Source of the DNA: a virus
Virus record (IMG/VR): IMGVR_UViG_3300035696_000005
Location: 64,001-128,000 of that record
Strand: one strand, 5' to 3'
Length of the DNA: 64,000 nucleotides
Of the stretch, positions 45,115 through 53,433 are shown in pieces. The notes below the pieces were generated by a model that ran no database searches, was not told the DNA's origin, and was given only the letters and a program-made list of their open reading frames with translations. The first letter of the stretch is position 1. Each line of letters starts with the position of its first letter. The translations under genes were made by a program, and so were the position numbers.

Positions 45115-45449
45115 TGCTTCTCGATGATATCGGCAATTTGGTTGAAGGTCTTCCCGCTGTCGTTCAGTCTGGTAAGGAAGGTCGCCTCCCCATCATCTCC
45201 GACAAATTCCCCGTGTGCGCTTCTAATGCCACACTTTTTACGAATATCTAGGTCTACGATTGCCCCGTATGAGTTATCCCCAAATGTGTTTCTGGCATCT
45301 TGTGTCTTCTTGGATTTAAACCCGTTAATATCAAGAAGAACCCCAAGGCAGCAGAACTCGCCTTTGCCGTTCTTCAGTTCTCCGGTACCTTGCTTATAGT
45401 TGCCGCTCCGAAGAGCGGCAACCCACTTATCAGCAACTTCCTTATTCAT
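45099..45449 (-). CDS. W-x-x-ALRS...FCCLGVL family protein (paralogue 3)
   Basis: Shares LTRLND.G.TFN.IADIIEKHWE end. Confidence 0.75.
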   Translation of the reverse strand: MNKEVADKWVAALRSGNYKQGTGELKNGKGEFCCLGVLLDINGFKSKKTQDARNTFGDNSYGAIVDLDIRKKCGIRSAHGEFVGDDGEATFLTRLNDSGKTFNQIADIIEKHWEAL

Positions 45450-45801
45450 CGATCTCGTCCTCCAAAGAAATCCTAAGCTCCCTGTGTCCGTTGGGCATCT
45501 TGAAGTGGTGGGTGCTATCCCAATATTCGAACCACCAGCAATACTTCACGCCCTCAAATGTCACCGCCCCAAACTCCCGCTTGGGTCCTTGAGCGTGAGG
45601 AGTATGCCTGATCAGATCAAGAAGCTTATTGTACCTGTCTGTACTGTCGTTCAGAAGTTCTGCGACCCCATCCGACAGTGTGATTCGCCTTAAATACTTA
45701 GGACCAAATTCCGTATGCACCATCGGCCCAGGGTTAAGCCCCCTTCTGATGATGTCGTTAATGTCTGCAATATTCTCATCCTTCGCAAGAGGTGCTGGCA
45801 T
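45442..45801 (-). CDS. Hypothetical protein
   Basis: AAGGAG RBS. Confidence 0.6.
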   Translation of the reverse strand: MPAPLAKDENIADINDIIRRGLNPGPMVHTEFGPKYLRRITLSDGVAELLNDSTDRYNKLLDLIRHTPHAQGPKREFGAVTFEGVKYCWWFEYWDSTHHFKMPNGHRELRISLEDEIDE

Positions 45802-45810
45802 AGATCTCCT

Positions 45811-46572
45811 TTAGTGAAAATCAAATAAAGTTTCTTTCCTAACCGTTGGAACAAGCTTGTCGTTATATTTGAAGATCCCTTTATGGACCTCAAACACAAA
45901 CAAAAGCATTGGAGTTGAACGAGCCTTACGAATCGAATCTTTGTAGTAAGTTCTGCTCTGTAAGACCAGGGTATGATCATGAGTCTGAGCCACACGGTTA
46001 AGTTCCCTTGGAATCCCGTAGTGCCTTGCAAACCCAAGCTCATCTTTCAACTCAACGCTCTTAACTGCTGACTTGTAGAAATCGGAGATAACGAGTGACC
46101 GCAGATACTCGCTGTTCTCATGGGTTTCCCTAGCAGCTAAGACAGTCAATGCAATAATCGGATTGCCGTTCTTAAAGGAAAGATGTCCATTCTCAAAGAT
46201 AAGGTCCAGTGAGTAAGGAACATCCGAACAATAAGGAGAGCAACGATCGAGCCAAATGAAATCAAGCTTATTCTGAGCAGGACGATCCCAGTAGTCCAGG
46301 TCATACATCCTCTCAAGCGTCAGCGGAAGCCCAAGCTTAGCCGCCTTATCCCAAGCCCTTGCATAAGTTTGCTTGTCTTTTTCAACTCCGAAAAACTCGA
46401 CTTTGCCCCGGTGATAGCGCATGAGGCGCGCTTCGAATTCAAGAACATCTGCAGGCAAAGTCCAGATGTTCAGGCTCGCTGTATCCCCGAACTGATCAAA
46501 AATCTTATCGGTCAGATCGCGGCGAGTTTGGTGTTTCAAAACAGAATCATGAAATTTTTGAGTGGTATTCAT
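45811..46572 (-). CDS. Class I SAM-methyltransferase-like protein
   Basis: TLPA, FFGVE, LDFIWLDRC pattern. Confidence 0.5.
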   Translation of the reverse strand: MNTTQKFHDSVLKHQTRRDLTDKIFDQFGDTASLNIWTLPADVLEFEARLMRYHRGKVEFFGVEKDKQTYARAWDKAAKLGLPLTLERMYDLDYWDRPAQNKLDFIWLDRCSPYCSDVPYSLDLIFENGHLSFKNGNPIIALTVLAARETHENSEYLRSLVISDFYKSAVKSVELKDELGFARHYGIPRELNRVAQTHDHTLVLQSRTYYKDSIRKARSTPMLLFVFEVHKGIFKYNDKLVPTVRKETLFDFH

Positions 46573-46639
46573 TGTGTTCCCCCGAACCTCTCATAACTGC
46601 TTTTCTTGAAAAGGGGAGAGGGAACATCTCCCCTCTCCC

Positions 46640-48382
46640 TTATGACTGGATGACTTGAAGCTCGGTAACGCTGTTATCCACTTTGGCGATGAGAACTTGA
46701 GCGCGAGGAAGCCTACTTGCGTATTCATCCATCAGCTCAACGTCATCAATGAAATAGAATTGTGGGGCTTTTGCAACGAGCCTTTGAAAGGTTTTGCAAA
46801 GCTCCAAGCCGATTTTCTTTCTTCTGCCACGGGATAAAGATGTGTACGGAACGAGCCTCTCATCCGTAACCAAGAATTCCTCGTCAACGAAACTGAACAA
46901 AACTCCAGGAGTTTTAAGCATCTCAAGCGTTTGCTTGACTTCAAGCTCAGGCATCTTAAGGAGGGCTGCCTCAAATTTCTTGAGTTCCTCCGTAAGCTTC
47001 AGCTTCTGCTCAATCGCCGTCTTGTACATCTTTTCACGGGCTACCAGTTGTTCTTTCTTTTGTTGAAAGAGCTGATGCGCGTGAAATTTTGCTCTGAGAT
47101 CCGAAAGCTTCGTTCTTAACGCCTGCTCGTCTCCTTCTGGCTTTGGCGGAGGGGTTGGCTTTCTAACTTCCTTGGGCTGAAGTGAGGTGAGCCTCTCCTG
47201 AAGAATTCTTCGTTTTGAGTCATTAACTGCCGATAACGTACGATGTGAGGAAATCTGCTGAAATAGTTCTCTAATACTGTTTTCGCAGATGCGTATCCGC
47301 TCAGATCGCCCCTGGTTACGGTCTTGGATTTCCCTCGCTTTTTGATTGTACTCATTGATTGCTTTCTCCCTTGCACGAGCCGCTGTTTCTCTGAGTTTTG
47401 GTGGAACCAGTTGCCCACACTTTGGACAGCTTCCCTCCGGCATCTCCGTAAAGGTCGGTGCAGGAGGAACAGTTTCCATCTCGCTTAAAAGACGAGTCTT
47501 CTCAGTCTCCAGGGAGCTATTCTGTGCCTCAAGATCAGTGACCCGAGTTTGAGACGTAGTTCCCAAAGACTTAAGTTCAGTCTCAATTTTCTTCTTTTCA
47601 CCATCAAGTTTAAGGTTGTCCTCATGATTCTCCCTGGCTTTGGTCATGGCAGTCTGGTATTTAGAAAGTTCCGATGTGTAAAGATCAAACAGGTCCACCT
47701 GTGCGGTGAGCTGTTCAATCTCAAGGCGTGCTCCATCCAGATCCATCGAGGCAAGATCGCCCTTGAAATCAGAAAGCTGCGTTTCAATCTGAGCTAAAGC
47801 CCCCTGATCCGCAGCCAACTGGTTCTGAGCAATCCGCCTCTCAGTTGCAATGACTTGGGCGTCAACTCTCAAGTTCTCAAATTTGATCTTAGGATGAAGA
47901 GTCATCCCAGAAACGAGAGAACTTAAAAGTGCCTTACGATCCACCTTGGCCACTTGACCAATAACCTCAAGCCTTTTTGCCTGAGACAATGTATCCATGA
48001 AGAAGCCTTCGTTATAACAACTTGCGAAGACTTCAAAAGAGATACCAAGCAGCGCCGTAAGCTCAGTTTGATTAAGCTTAATGGGTGGAACGCCGTTACG
48101 GATTAAGTTGACCGTAGCCGTCTGGCCTCGCCTTTTGATCCTTTCAAACGAGGCTTTGTCGGTAGTGATGATGACACCACCAACCTCTTCTCCAGTAGAG
48201 ATCAAATGATCCGGATTTTTGCTTCCTGCAGAATCAGTTCCAAAGAAGCCAAACGAGATCCCTTCGTTGATTGAGGTTTTACCAATCTCGTTCGGACCTT
48301 TAATGACATTCAGTCCTGGACCAAAGTGAACGGTCTTGTCACGATGGCCACGGAAATTCTTAAAAGTCATGGAAAGGATCAT
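46640..48382 (-). CDS. SMC/Rad50(SbcC)-like ATPase
   Basis: F.NFRGH, Walker A GPNEIGKT, coiled coil with CPKC hook, LSRG signature, Walker B FIDD. Confidence 0.88.
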   Translation of the reverse strand: MILSMTFKNFRGHRDKTVHFGPGLNVIKGPNEIGKTSINEGISFGFFGTDSAGSKNPDHLISTGEEVGGVIITTDKASFERIKRRGQTATVNLIRNGVPPIKLNQTELTALLGISFEVFASCYNEGFFMDTLSQAKRLEVIGQVAKVDRKALLSSLVSGMTLHPKIKFENLRVDAQVIATERRIAQNQLAADQGALAQIETQLSDFKGDLASMDLDGARLEIEQLTAQVDLFDLYTSELSKYQTAMTKARENHEDNLKLDGEKKKIETELKSLGTTSQTRVTDLEAQNSSLETEKTRLLSEMETVPPAPTFTEMPEGSCPKCGQLVPPKLRETAARAREKAINEYNQKAREIQDRNQGRSERIRICENSIRELFQQISSHRTLSAVNDSKRRILQERLTSLQPKEVRKPTPPPKPEGDEQALRTKLSDLRAKFHAHQLFQQKKEQLVAREKMYKTAIEQKLKLTEELKKFEAALLKMPELEVKQTLEMLKTPGVLFSFVDEEFLVTDERLVPYTSLSRGRRKKIGLELCKTFQRLVAKAPQFYFIDDVELMDEYASRLPRAQVLIAKVDNSVTELQVIQS

Positions 48383-48396
48383 ATGGATCTCCTTAG

Positions 48397-48597
48397 TTAT
48401 TTTTGCAAGCGATCATGCAGCTTGCCTGCTATGTCACGCCAGCTTTCGGCTTCCTTCTCGGCATCAATAAGCTCACTACGAAGCGACTTGATCTCATCAA
48501 AAAGTTCCTCAGCCTCGGACGGATAAAGAACCCGATTGAGATCGAGACTTGTTTTAAGAAGCTCCTCCCGCTCCAGGGTGAGCCTGAGTTTCCTCAC
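48397..48597 (-). CDS. Hypothetical coiled-coil protein
   Basis: Operon-contiguous ORF. Confidence 0.5.
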   Translation of the reverse strand: MRKLRLTLEREELLKTSLDLNRVLYPSEAEELFDEIKSLRSELIDAEKEAESWRDIAGKLHDRLQK

Positions 48598-48938
48598 AGC
48601 ACATCCTCCGGATAAGCAGGAACACTTGACGCGAGATCAGCATTCTCGTTACAGCTTTCACAAGGAACCCACTGTCCGCTCGTCATGTCATTGTTGTTAT
48701 AGTGCCTTCCCGGATAATCCGAATTCTTACACTCCGGGCACTGATACTCCATGAAGACGTGATCATAGGCATCAAGAGCCACGATCTCGTCATCTTCTAC
48801 TGCGTCGATGACGAGTCCTTCATCTTCGACTTTAATTTGATATCGACACACTTCCGCTTCTGATGTGCCTTTGTTACGGAACACTTCAACGTGGATGTAT
48901 TCTTTATCGACTTTGATGGTTTTTGTGATGGTGGACAT
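48594..48938 (-). CDS. Zn-finger-containing protein
   Basis: CPEC...CESC. Confidence 0.55.
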   Translation of the reverse strand: MSTITKTIKVDKEYIHVEVFRNKGTSEAEVCRYQIKVEDEGLVIDAVEDDEIVALDAYDHVFMEYQCPECKNSDYPGRHYNNNDMTSGQWVPCESCNENADLASSVPAYPEDVL

Positions 48939-49047
48939 TGGATCTCCTCAACTCGAATGATACCCGAGATGTAATACGGATGGATGAAACAGATGTTTTT
49001 GTTGGTTGAACAAGCACTGAAAAAGAATAATGAAACCGTCAGCCACC

Positions 49048-49266
49048 TCATTCTTTCTTCTTCTCCTCTTCTAGCTCATTAGCCTCAATTCCGGCGACAA
49101 CGCAGCCACCAACAAATGTGGCCAGTGCCCCATAGAACCATCGGGTATCAATCTGGTTCTGAGTTGTATTGGGTTCAGAGATCCCAACCGACCACAGAAC
49201 ATTAACAGTTAGAATAAGCAAGCCCGAACCAAGTAAATAGAGAGCAGCCAGTTTAAAGTATTTCAT
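49048..49266 (-). CDS. Small membrane protein
   Basis: Two TM helices. Confidence 0.55.
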   Translation of the reverse strand: MKYFKLAALYLLGSGLLILTVNVLWSVGISEPNTTQNQIDTRWFYGALATFVGGCVVAGIEANELEEEKKKE

Positions 49267-49556
49267 TCTTCTTCATCTCCTGAATAATCGTCGTTGTTAA
49301 TGAGCTCCCCGTCTTCATCAAAGTCGTGCTCTTCTGGTACGTAGTCCATCTTTCTCAGCTCACGCATAGCCTGAGGACCTGAGATAGACTTTGAAGACTG
49401 AAGACGCCCACTTAGAAAAGGATTGTTAATGCAGCAACCCACCCCGTCCTTGTGGAGATCCTGAACCATATAATTGATGTCGGTTTGGTCAAGTTTCTCG
49501 TTGACCGTAATCACTTCAAGAACGACGGTGTGCTTATAGAACTTGTTATGAGCCAT
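49263..49556 (-). CDS. Hypothetical protein
   Basis: Coupled ORF. Confidence 0.55.
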   Translation of the reverse strand: MAHNKFYKHTVVLEVITVNEKLDQTDINYMVQDLHKDGVGCCINNPFLSGRLQSSKSISGPQAMRELRKMDYVPEEHDFDEDGELINNDDYSGDEEE

Positions 49557-49843
49557 TAGAGTCTCCTTGGGGTGACAGTATAATCCAGTTTAAGCCCAGA
49601 AAGCCTTTTAAGTCTCTCTCCTTCCTGAGTTAAAAGATGGATATAGATTAAATCCGGCAAAATGCCCAAAGCTCTCGCCCATGGAACGATTTTTGCCGCA
49701 GGAAAAGGTCGCACCCCATTCTCCACATCCCAGATGTGTTGAGGGGATTGATCAATCTTTTTTCCTAGTTCTAACAGAGTTAAACCTTTGGCTTCTCTCC
49801 CGTCTTTAAGGAGAGATCCAAGGCGTGCGCTGGGTTGAGACAT
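49556..49843 (-). CDS. XRE-family HTH transcriptional regulator
   Basis: LKDGREAKGLTLLELGKKIDQSPQHIWDVENG. Confidence 0.85.
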   Translation of the reverse strand: MSQPSARLGSLLKDGREAKGLTLLELGKKIDQSPQHIWDVENGVRPFPAAKIVPWARALGILPDLIYIHLLTQEGERLKRLSGLKLDYTVTPRRL

Positions 49844-50103
49844 ACTGAATTTTCCTTTGGTACAAATTTGAGTTCACAAGACTTCTTGAATTCGATCTCT
49901 TCGCCCGGATTATCATCAGCAGCGGTCATATCGAATTCGCCTAAGACCATACCCTCCAGATCCAGCACTAGAATTTCTACGTGCTCGTCTTTTTTCCAGG
50001 GTCCGAAGTCTTGTTTAAAGGTGACATCCGAAAAGTCAGAACCGCCACAATAGGGTGACTGACTACGAAACGAAAATATTTCTGAAAAGCCTTTGGTGGT
50101 CAT
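49780..50103 (-). CDS. Hypothetical protein
   Basis: First gene after promoter motif; GGAGGGAG RBS. Confidence 0.55.
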   Translation of the reverse strand: MTTKGFSEIFSFRSQSPYCGGSDFSDVTFKQDFGPWKKDEHVEILVLDLEGMVLGEFDMTAADDNPGEEIEFKKSCELKFVPKENSVCLNPAHALDLSLKTGEKPKV

Positions 50104-50121
50104 AAAACTCCCTCCAGAGAT

Positions 50122-50143
50122 CTTATAACCAGAAAATGGGTAA
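50122..50143 (-). promoter_or_regulatory. TTACCC-N10-TATAAG motif copy 4
   Basis: Directly after terminator hairpin 50149-50182. Confidence 0.65.
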
Positions 50144-50207
50144 AAAAGAAAAGCCCCACTCCGTTTCCAGAGTGAGGCTTTTCCAATGTCGGGTCGGGTC
50201 TTCTATC

Positions 50208-50831
50208 TTAGCTGCTGCTGACCCAGTGTCCTGCAGCGGCATCCGTGAGTCTGATCGACTCAGCGGCAGCCCACAGCTGGTACTGAGAGCCAACAGTCAG
50301 AGCATCGATTTGATCCCCTGCTTGAGGATAGATATTCAAAACCGTGGAAGGCGGCTGAATAACGAATTCGATAGATCGCCCGCTTCCAGTTGCTGCCGGA
50401 AGATTGGTGACCTGGTTATCGATGTTCTCAACAATGAATGAGTCAGTCGCCTCAACCATGTAAGGATTAGCTGGGTGATAGACTACGTTCTGGTAGTTGC
50501 CGGGAAGAGGAGCGCCTGGCGGAACAAGGTTATTGCCAGCATCAAAACTCATCAAAGCAATCATTGGTAGCTTCTGTCCGCCTGCCGTAACGAAAAATGG
50601 CGGGCGGGACTTCTCTTCAATGGTGCTCGCAGGGTGAACTTCCACGTGTGCAGCAGAAACGGTCCCAGCGCCCTGAAATGCGGTCAAGGTGTTGCTTGCG
50701 GTCGGGACGACTGCGACTGCAGCAGGAACCTTATTCCCTAATGCGTCGGTGTAATAAGCAACATCATCGTCATCGAGAATAATGTTGTGCGCCGGATTGG
50801 CGACTTCAGATGGGTTAAATGCCATATGCAT
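50208..50831 (-). CDS. Monocistronic protein with virion decoration/fibre-like C-terminal beta domain
   Basis: TNLPAATGSGR...IYPQAGDQID...SIRL.D...G.W pattern; own promoter and terminator. Confidence 0.5.
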   Translation of the reverse strand: MHMAFNPSEVANPAHNIILDDDDVAYYTDALGNKVPAAVAVVPTASNTLTAFQGAGTVSAAHVEVHPASTIEEKSRPPFFVTAGGQKLPMIALMSFDAGNNLVPPGAPLPGNYQNVVYHPANPYMVEATDSFIVENIDNQVTNLPAATGSGRSIEFVIQPPSTVLNIYPQAGDQIDALTVGSQYQLWAAAESIRLTDAAAGHWVSSS

Positions 50832-50854
50832 ACTCCTTATTTTTAGATGATTAG

Positions 50855-50883
50855 AGTATGGATAGTGACGAAGCCTATGTCAA
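50855..50883 (-). promoter_or_regulatory. sigma70-like promoter
   Basis: TTGACA-N17-CATACT. Confidence 0.65.
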
Positions 50884-50917
50884 CCGGAATTAGATTCCGC
50901 ATAAAAGTGTAGTAAAA

Positions 50918-50995
50918 TGGCGCGCCCGTTCGGACTCGAACCGAAAACTAGCCTTTTTTAGAGAAAGGCTCCTCTACCAATTGAGGTACGGGCGC
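50918..50995 (-). tRNA. Amber suppressor tRNA (anticodon CUA), 6-bp anticodon stem, encoded CCA
   Basis: GCGCCCG/CGGGCGC acceptor, CCTC/GAGG D-stem, GCCTTT-CTCTAAA-AAAGGC, TTCGG-TTCGAGT-CCGAA, G73-CCA. Confidence 0.88.
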
Positions 50996-51005
50996 ACCGA
51001 CTACG

Positions 51006-51302
51006 TTACAACAAGGGAAGGTCTTTGACCAGTGTGTCTGCTCCAAGTACTGCTACTGCCGTGAGTTGATTACCAATATCTGGCTCATAAAATGAAGAGT
51101 AAAGCTTCTCACGATATGCAAATAGATCTTGATAGTACTCAAGCTCGTCTTCACTTTTTACTACGAGGAAAACTAAAGTGCCATTATCCCAGCCAGGAGT
51201 TTTACCATACTCCAAGAGAAACTCTGCTACGGCATGCCCAGCCTGAACTGCTTTGTAGCCGGGCGTCTTTAGGTCATCCCGCACTAGCACATACAGTTTC
51301 AT
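51006..51302 (-). CDS. Peptidyl-tRNA hydrolase II (Pth2-like)
   Basis: KLYVLVRDDL..G..AVQAGHA...F, V.S..EL, F.EPDIGNQLTA, LPLL. Confidence 0.8.
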   Translation of the reverse strand: MKLYVLVRDDLKTPGYKAVQAGHAVAEFLLEYGKTPGWDNGTLVFLVVKSEDELEYYQDLFAYREKLYSSFYEPDIGNQLTAVAVLGADTLVKDLPLL

Positions 51303-51684
51303 GGCAAACCTCTTTGGTTTCCTCTGCAATCAATTGCGTGTAGTGGTTCAAGAGCTCATGGATCTTCTTCTCACTGGGCTTATTGCAGCAATGAGGGTTG
51401 TCCTCACATTTGCCGTACACTGGCTTACACGGAACTCTCTTCTCAATTTGCTCACGAGTCCTACCACGAATCAGACAGTACACGATGTGCCTATGGCGAA
51501 AATCAAAACGGAGCTTAGCAAGCTCAGCTTCAATCGCTCCAAGCTCTTTATTGTGCCAGCTGGTATCGCCGCCCGCCTTAGTAGTAACGCTGACCGCTTG
51601 TCTAAAGATGGGCTTCTTTTGTTTGATCAGATCTGCGGTGAGCTTGAGCTCGTTTTTGAGTTTGAGTAACGTCATCGATTTCAT
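51274..51684 (-). CDS. Hypothetical protein
   Basis: AAGGAG RBS before MKSMTLL; RHRHIVYCLIRGRT.EQIE motif. Confidence 0.7.
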   Translation of the reverse strand: MKSMTLLKLKNELKLTADLIKQKKPIFRQAVSVTTKAGGDTSWHNKELGAIEAELAKLRFDFRHRHIVYCLIRGRTREQIEKRVPCKPVYGKCEDNPHCCNKPSEKKIHELLNHYTQLIAEETKEVCHETVCASAG

Positions 51685-52021
51685 TTTTGTTCTCCTTAGC
51701 CCGAAAAGTAATAATCGCCTCTGAGACCTGCCGGGTGTCATAGTCACAAAGGAGTTCAGCAATTTCTTGATTGAGTGGAACACGAAGTATCCGGTTTTTC
51801 CGGACAGTTGAAAGAGCGTAAAAACCAGTGCTGCTCTTTTCGCCTTGAGAAAGATTTCGCCCAAGCGAAATATCCACCGGCCTGATCTCATAAGAGGGAT
51901 CAAGCTTCGTTAGAATATGCTGGGCAAGGGAGCGACTAAAAGTGATTCGAAAGATGAGCGACCCTTTGCAGATCGCGTATCCTGAGTTTCCAGAACAACC
52001 TAAACAAACCTAATGTTCCAT
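51602..52021 (-). CDS. Hypothetical protein interrupted by in-frame TAG at codon 4 (52010-52012); readthrough-dependent gene or pseudogene
   Basis: AAGGAG RBS and TTGACA upstream of ATG GAA CAT TAG; then open to TAG at 51602; internal two-fold repeat. Confidence 0.55.
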
Positions 52022-52562
52022 AAGCTATTTATCTCCTTCATAAAAATATTTGTCAATCGCGCCTCTTATTTAGCTCTGCAACGAGACGTAAGTTTCACCA
52101 GTCTTAGTTTGTTAGTATTTCGATAACAAACTAATACCTGCAAAACCAGTTTGTTTTTCTTGCGTCAAATCCATGCTGCGGCGCGACTGTGGGAATGTGT
52201 GGTCCTATAGCGAAGAAGGTCCGATAGACAATGAAAATTACGGACGAGGGTTCTTATAATAAAAAATGTTTGTAGAGTCAGCGTTATTGCTTAGGGTTGC
52301 ACATTATGCACATTGCGCATAAGGTCAGTTGTAAGCGCCTGTTTTTATTTCTTTTCCTTAGAGCACCGAATGTGTAGAAAAATGTGTAAAAAACGTCAAT
52401 GTGTGGCTACCCCACGCCGCGTTATAAAGCAAATCAATCGATTAAGCTATATTTTGGTTAACAATCAACTAAAGTGCTTTTGACACACTTCTCAGACCCG
52501 CTGTGTTGAATTACACATTGAGGGTATTTCGCGCACACGCCTACACAGTACTAAAATGGTTT
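52022..52562. promoter_or_regulatory. Largest non-coding region: AATGTGY repeats, inverted repeat, promoters (origin or regulatory hub candidate)
   Basis: Seven AATGTGY/RCACATT copies; 11-bp IR 52104-52134; TTGACA at 52051-52056; TTGACG-N17-TACACA at 52371-52399. Confidence 0.5.
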
Positions 52563-52811
52563 TTAACGCGTTGCTTCGGAGCTCATCTTCTTGAGCTTGT
52601 GAGCTATCTTCCTAAACCAGCGGTGGTCTTCACCTTGGACCTTTTCCAAGATAGGGCAGAGCGCAAGCGCTGTGATCGCGACGATCTCTTCGGGATCTTC
52701 TGTCTTTTCTAGGTAAAGAAGAAGGGCGCTGGCGATAGCCGCCAAGTTCCCTTCTTCTAAAGCGACACGGTACTCTGGAACGGCAAAGGGCAACTTTTCA
52801 AGGAACTTCAC
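52563..52811 (-). CDS. Hypothetical protein
   Basis: GTG start. Confidence 0.5.
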   Translation of the reverse strand: MKFLEKLPFAVPEYRVALEEGNLAAIASALLLYLEKTEDPEEIVAITALALCPILEKVQGEDHRWFRKIAHKLKKMSSEATR

Positions 52812-52828
52812 TTTCCCATTTTCTCACC

Positions 52829-53173
52829 TTACTTGATCGGGATCAATCGGGGTCCGGCTATCTTCTGCTTCTTGAATCTGAGTTCCAAAACTCCATCTTC
52901 TAGGTGAGCGTCAATGGAGAGAGGATCTGCGCCCAAAGGGATGTCGAATATCCGCTTCAGTTCTTGGTCTCCCCTTTTTCCAGAAACAGTGATGTTTTCC
53001 CCGTTCACTTCAACTTTCAGATTCTCCTTTTTAATGCCTGGAACTTCGATTTGAAAACTGTAGCCGTCGCCTGTGTCATTATGTGGAACTATTGGAGCAA
53101 AAGGACTTCCCGGTCCAAAGAACTTTTCAGTAGCCTTCCAAAAGTCATCGAAAAAATCGTTATTATGGGACAT
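52829..53173 (-). CDS. Small heat-shock protein (Hsp20/alpha-crystallin)
   Basis: EVPGIKKENLKVEV, ITVSG, F.IP, A.LEDGVLELRF; start MSHNNDF after GAGGAGG. Confidence 0.85.
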   Translation of the reverse strand: MSHNNDFFDDFWKATEKFFGPGSPFAPIVPHNDTGDGYSFQIEVPGIKKENLKVEVNGENITVSGKRGDQELKRIFDIPLGADPLSIDAHLEDGVLELRFKKQKIAGPRLIPIK

Positions 53174-53204
53174 GGTAGCTTCCTCCTCTTGGTAATTTGA
53201 GTTT

Positions 53205-53432
53205 TCATTCATCGTTGTCAAGCATCGCCTTTTGGTCACGGATACGCAGCACCGGAGCAAACCCATATTTATGTGGTTTGCAGTGTGCGCATCCGCAACC
53301 ATAGTGATCTTTTTTAAGATGTCCAATGTGCTGGGATTTGTTGATTGTCTTCCAACAAGTGGCGCGAAGATCTCTCAATCTTCGCGCCTGCACTCGTTTG
53401 GTTTGTTCTCTTCTCCAGGCTCGATTACGCAT
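53205..53432 (-). CDS. Small basic Cys/His protein
   Basis: MRNRAWRR...CGCAHCKPHK. Confidence 0.65.
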   Translation of the reverse strand: MRNRAWRREQTKRVQARRLRDLRATCWKTINKSQHIGHLKKDHYGCGCAHCKPHKYGFAPVLRIRDQKAMLDNDE

Positions 53433-53433
53433 A

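Noticed and set aside
50884-50917. HDV-like (theta) ribozyme after the suppressor tRNA
   Set aside because: Trailer is AT-rich with one small hairpin and a promoter; no nested double-pseudoknot pattern
50918-50995. True pyrrolysine tRNA (pylT)
   Set aside because: Has canonical GG D-loop, TTC T-loop, 2-nt connector and 5-nt variable loop; no pylS/pylBCD in the window
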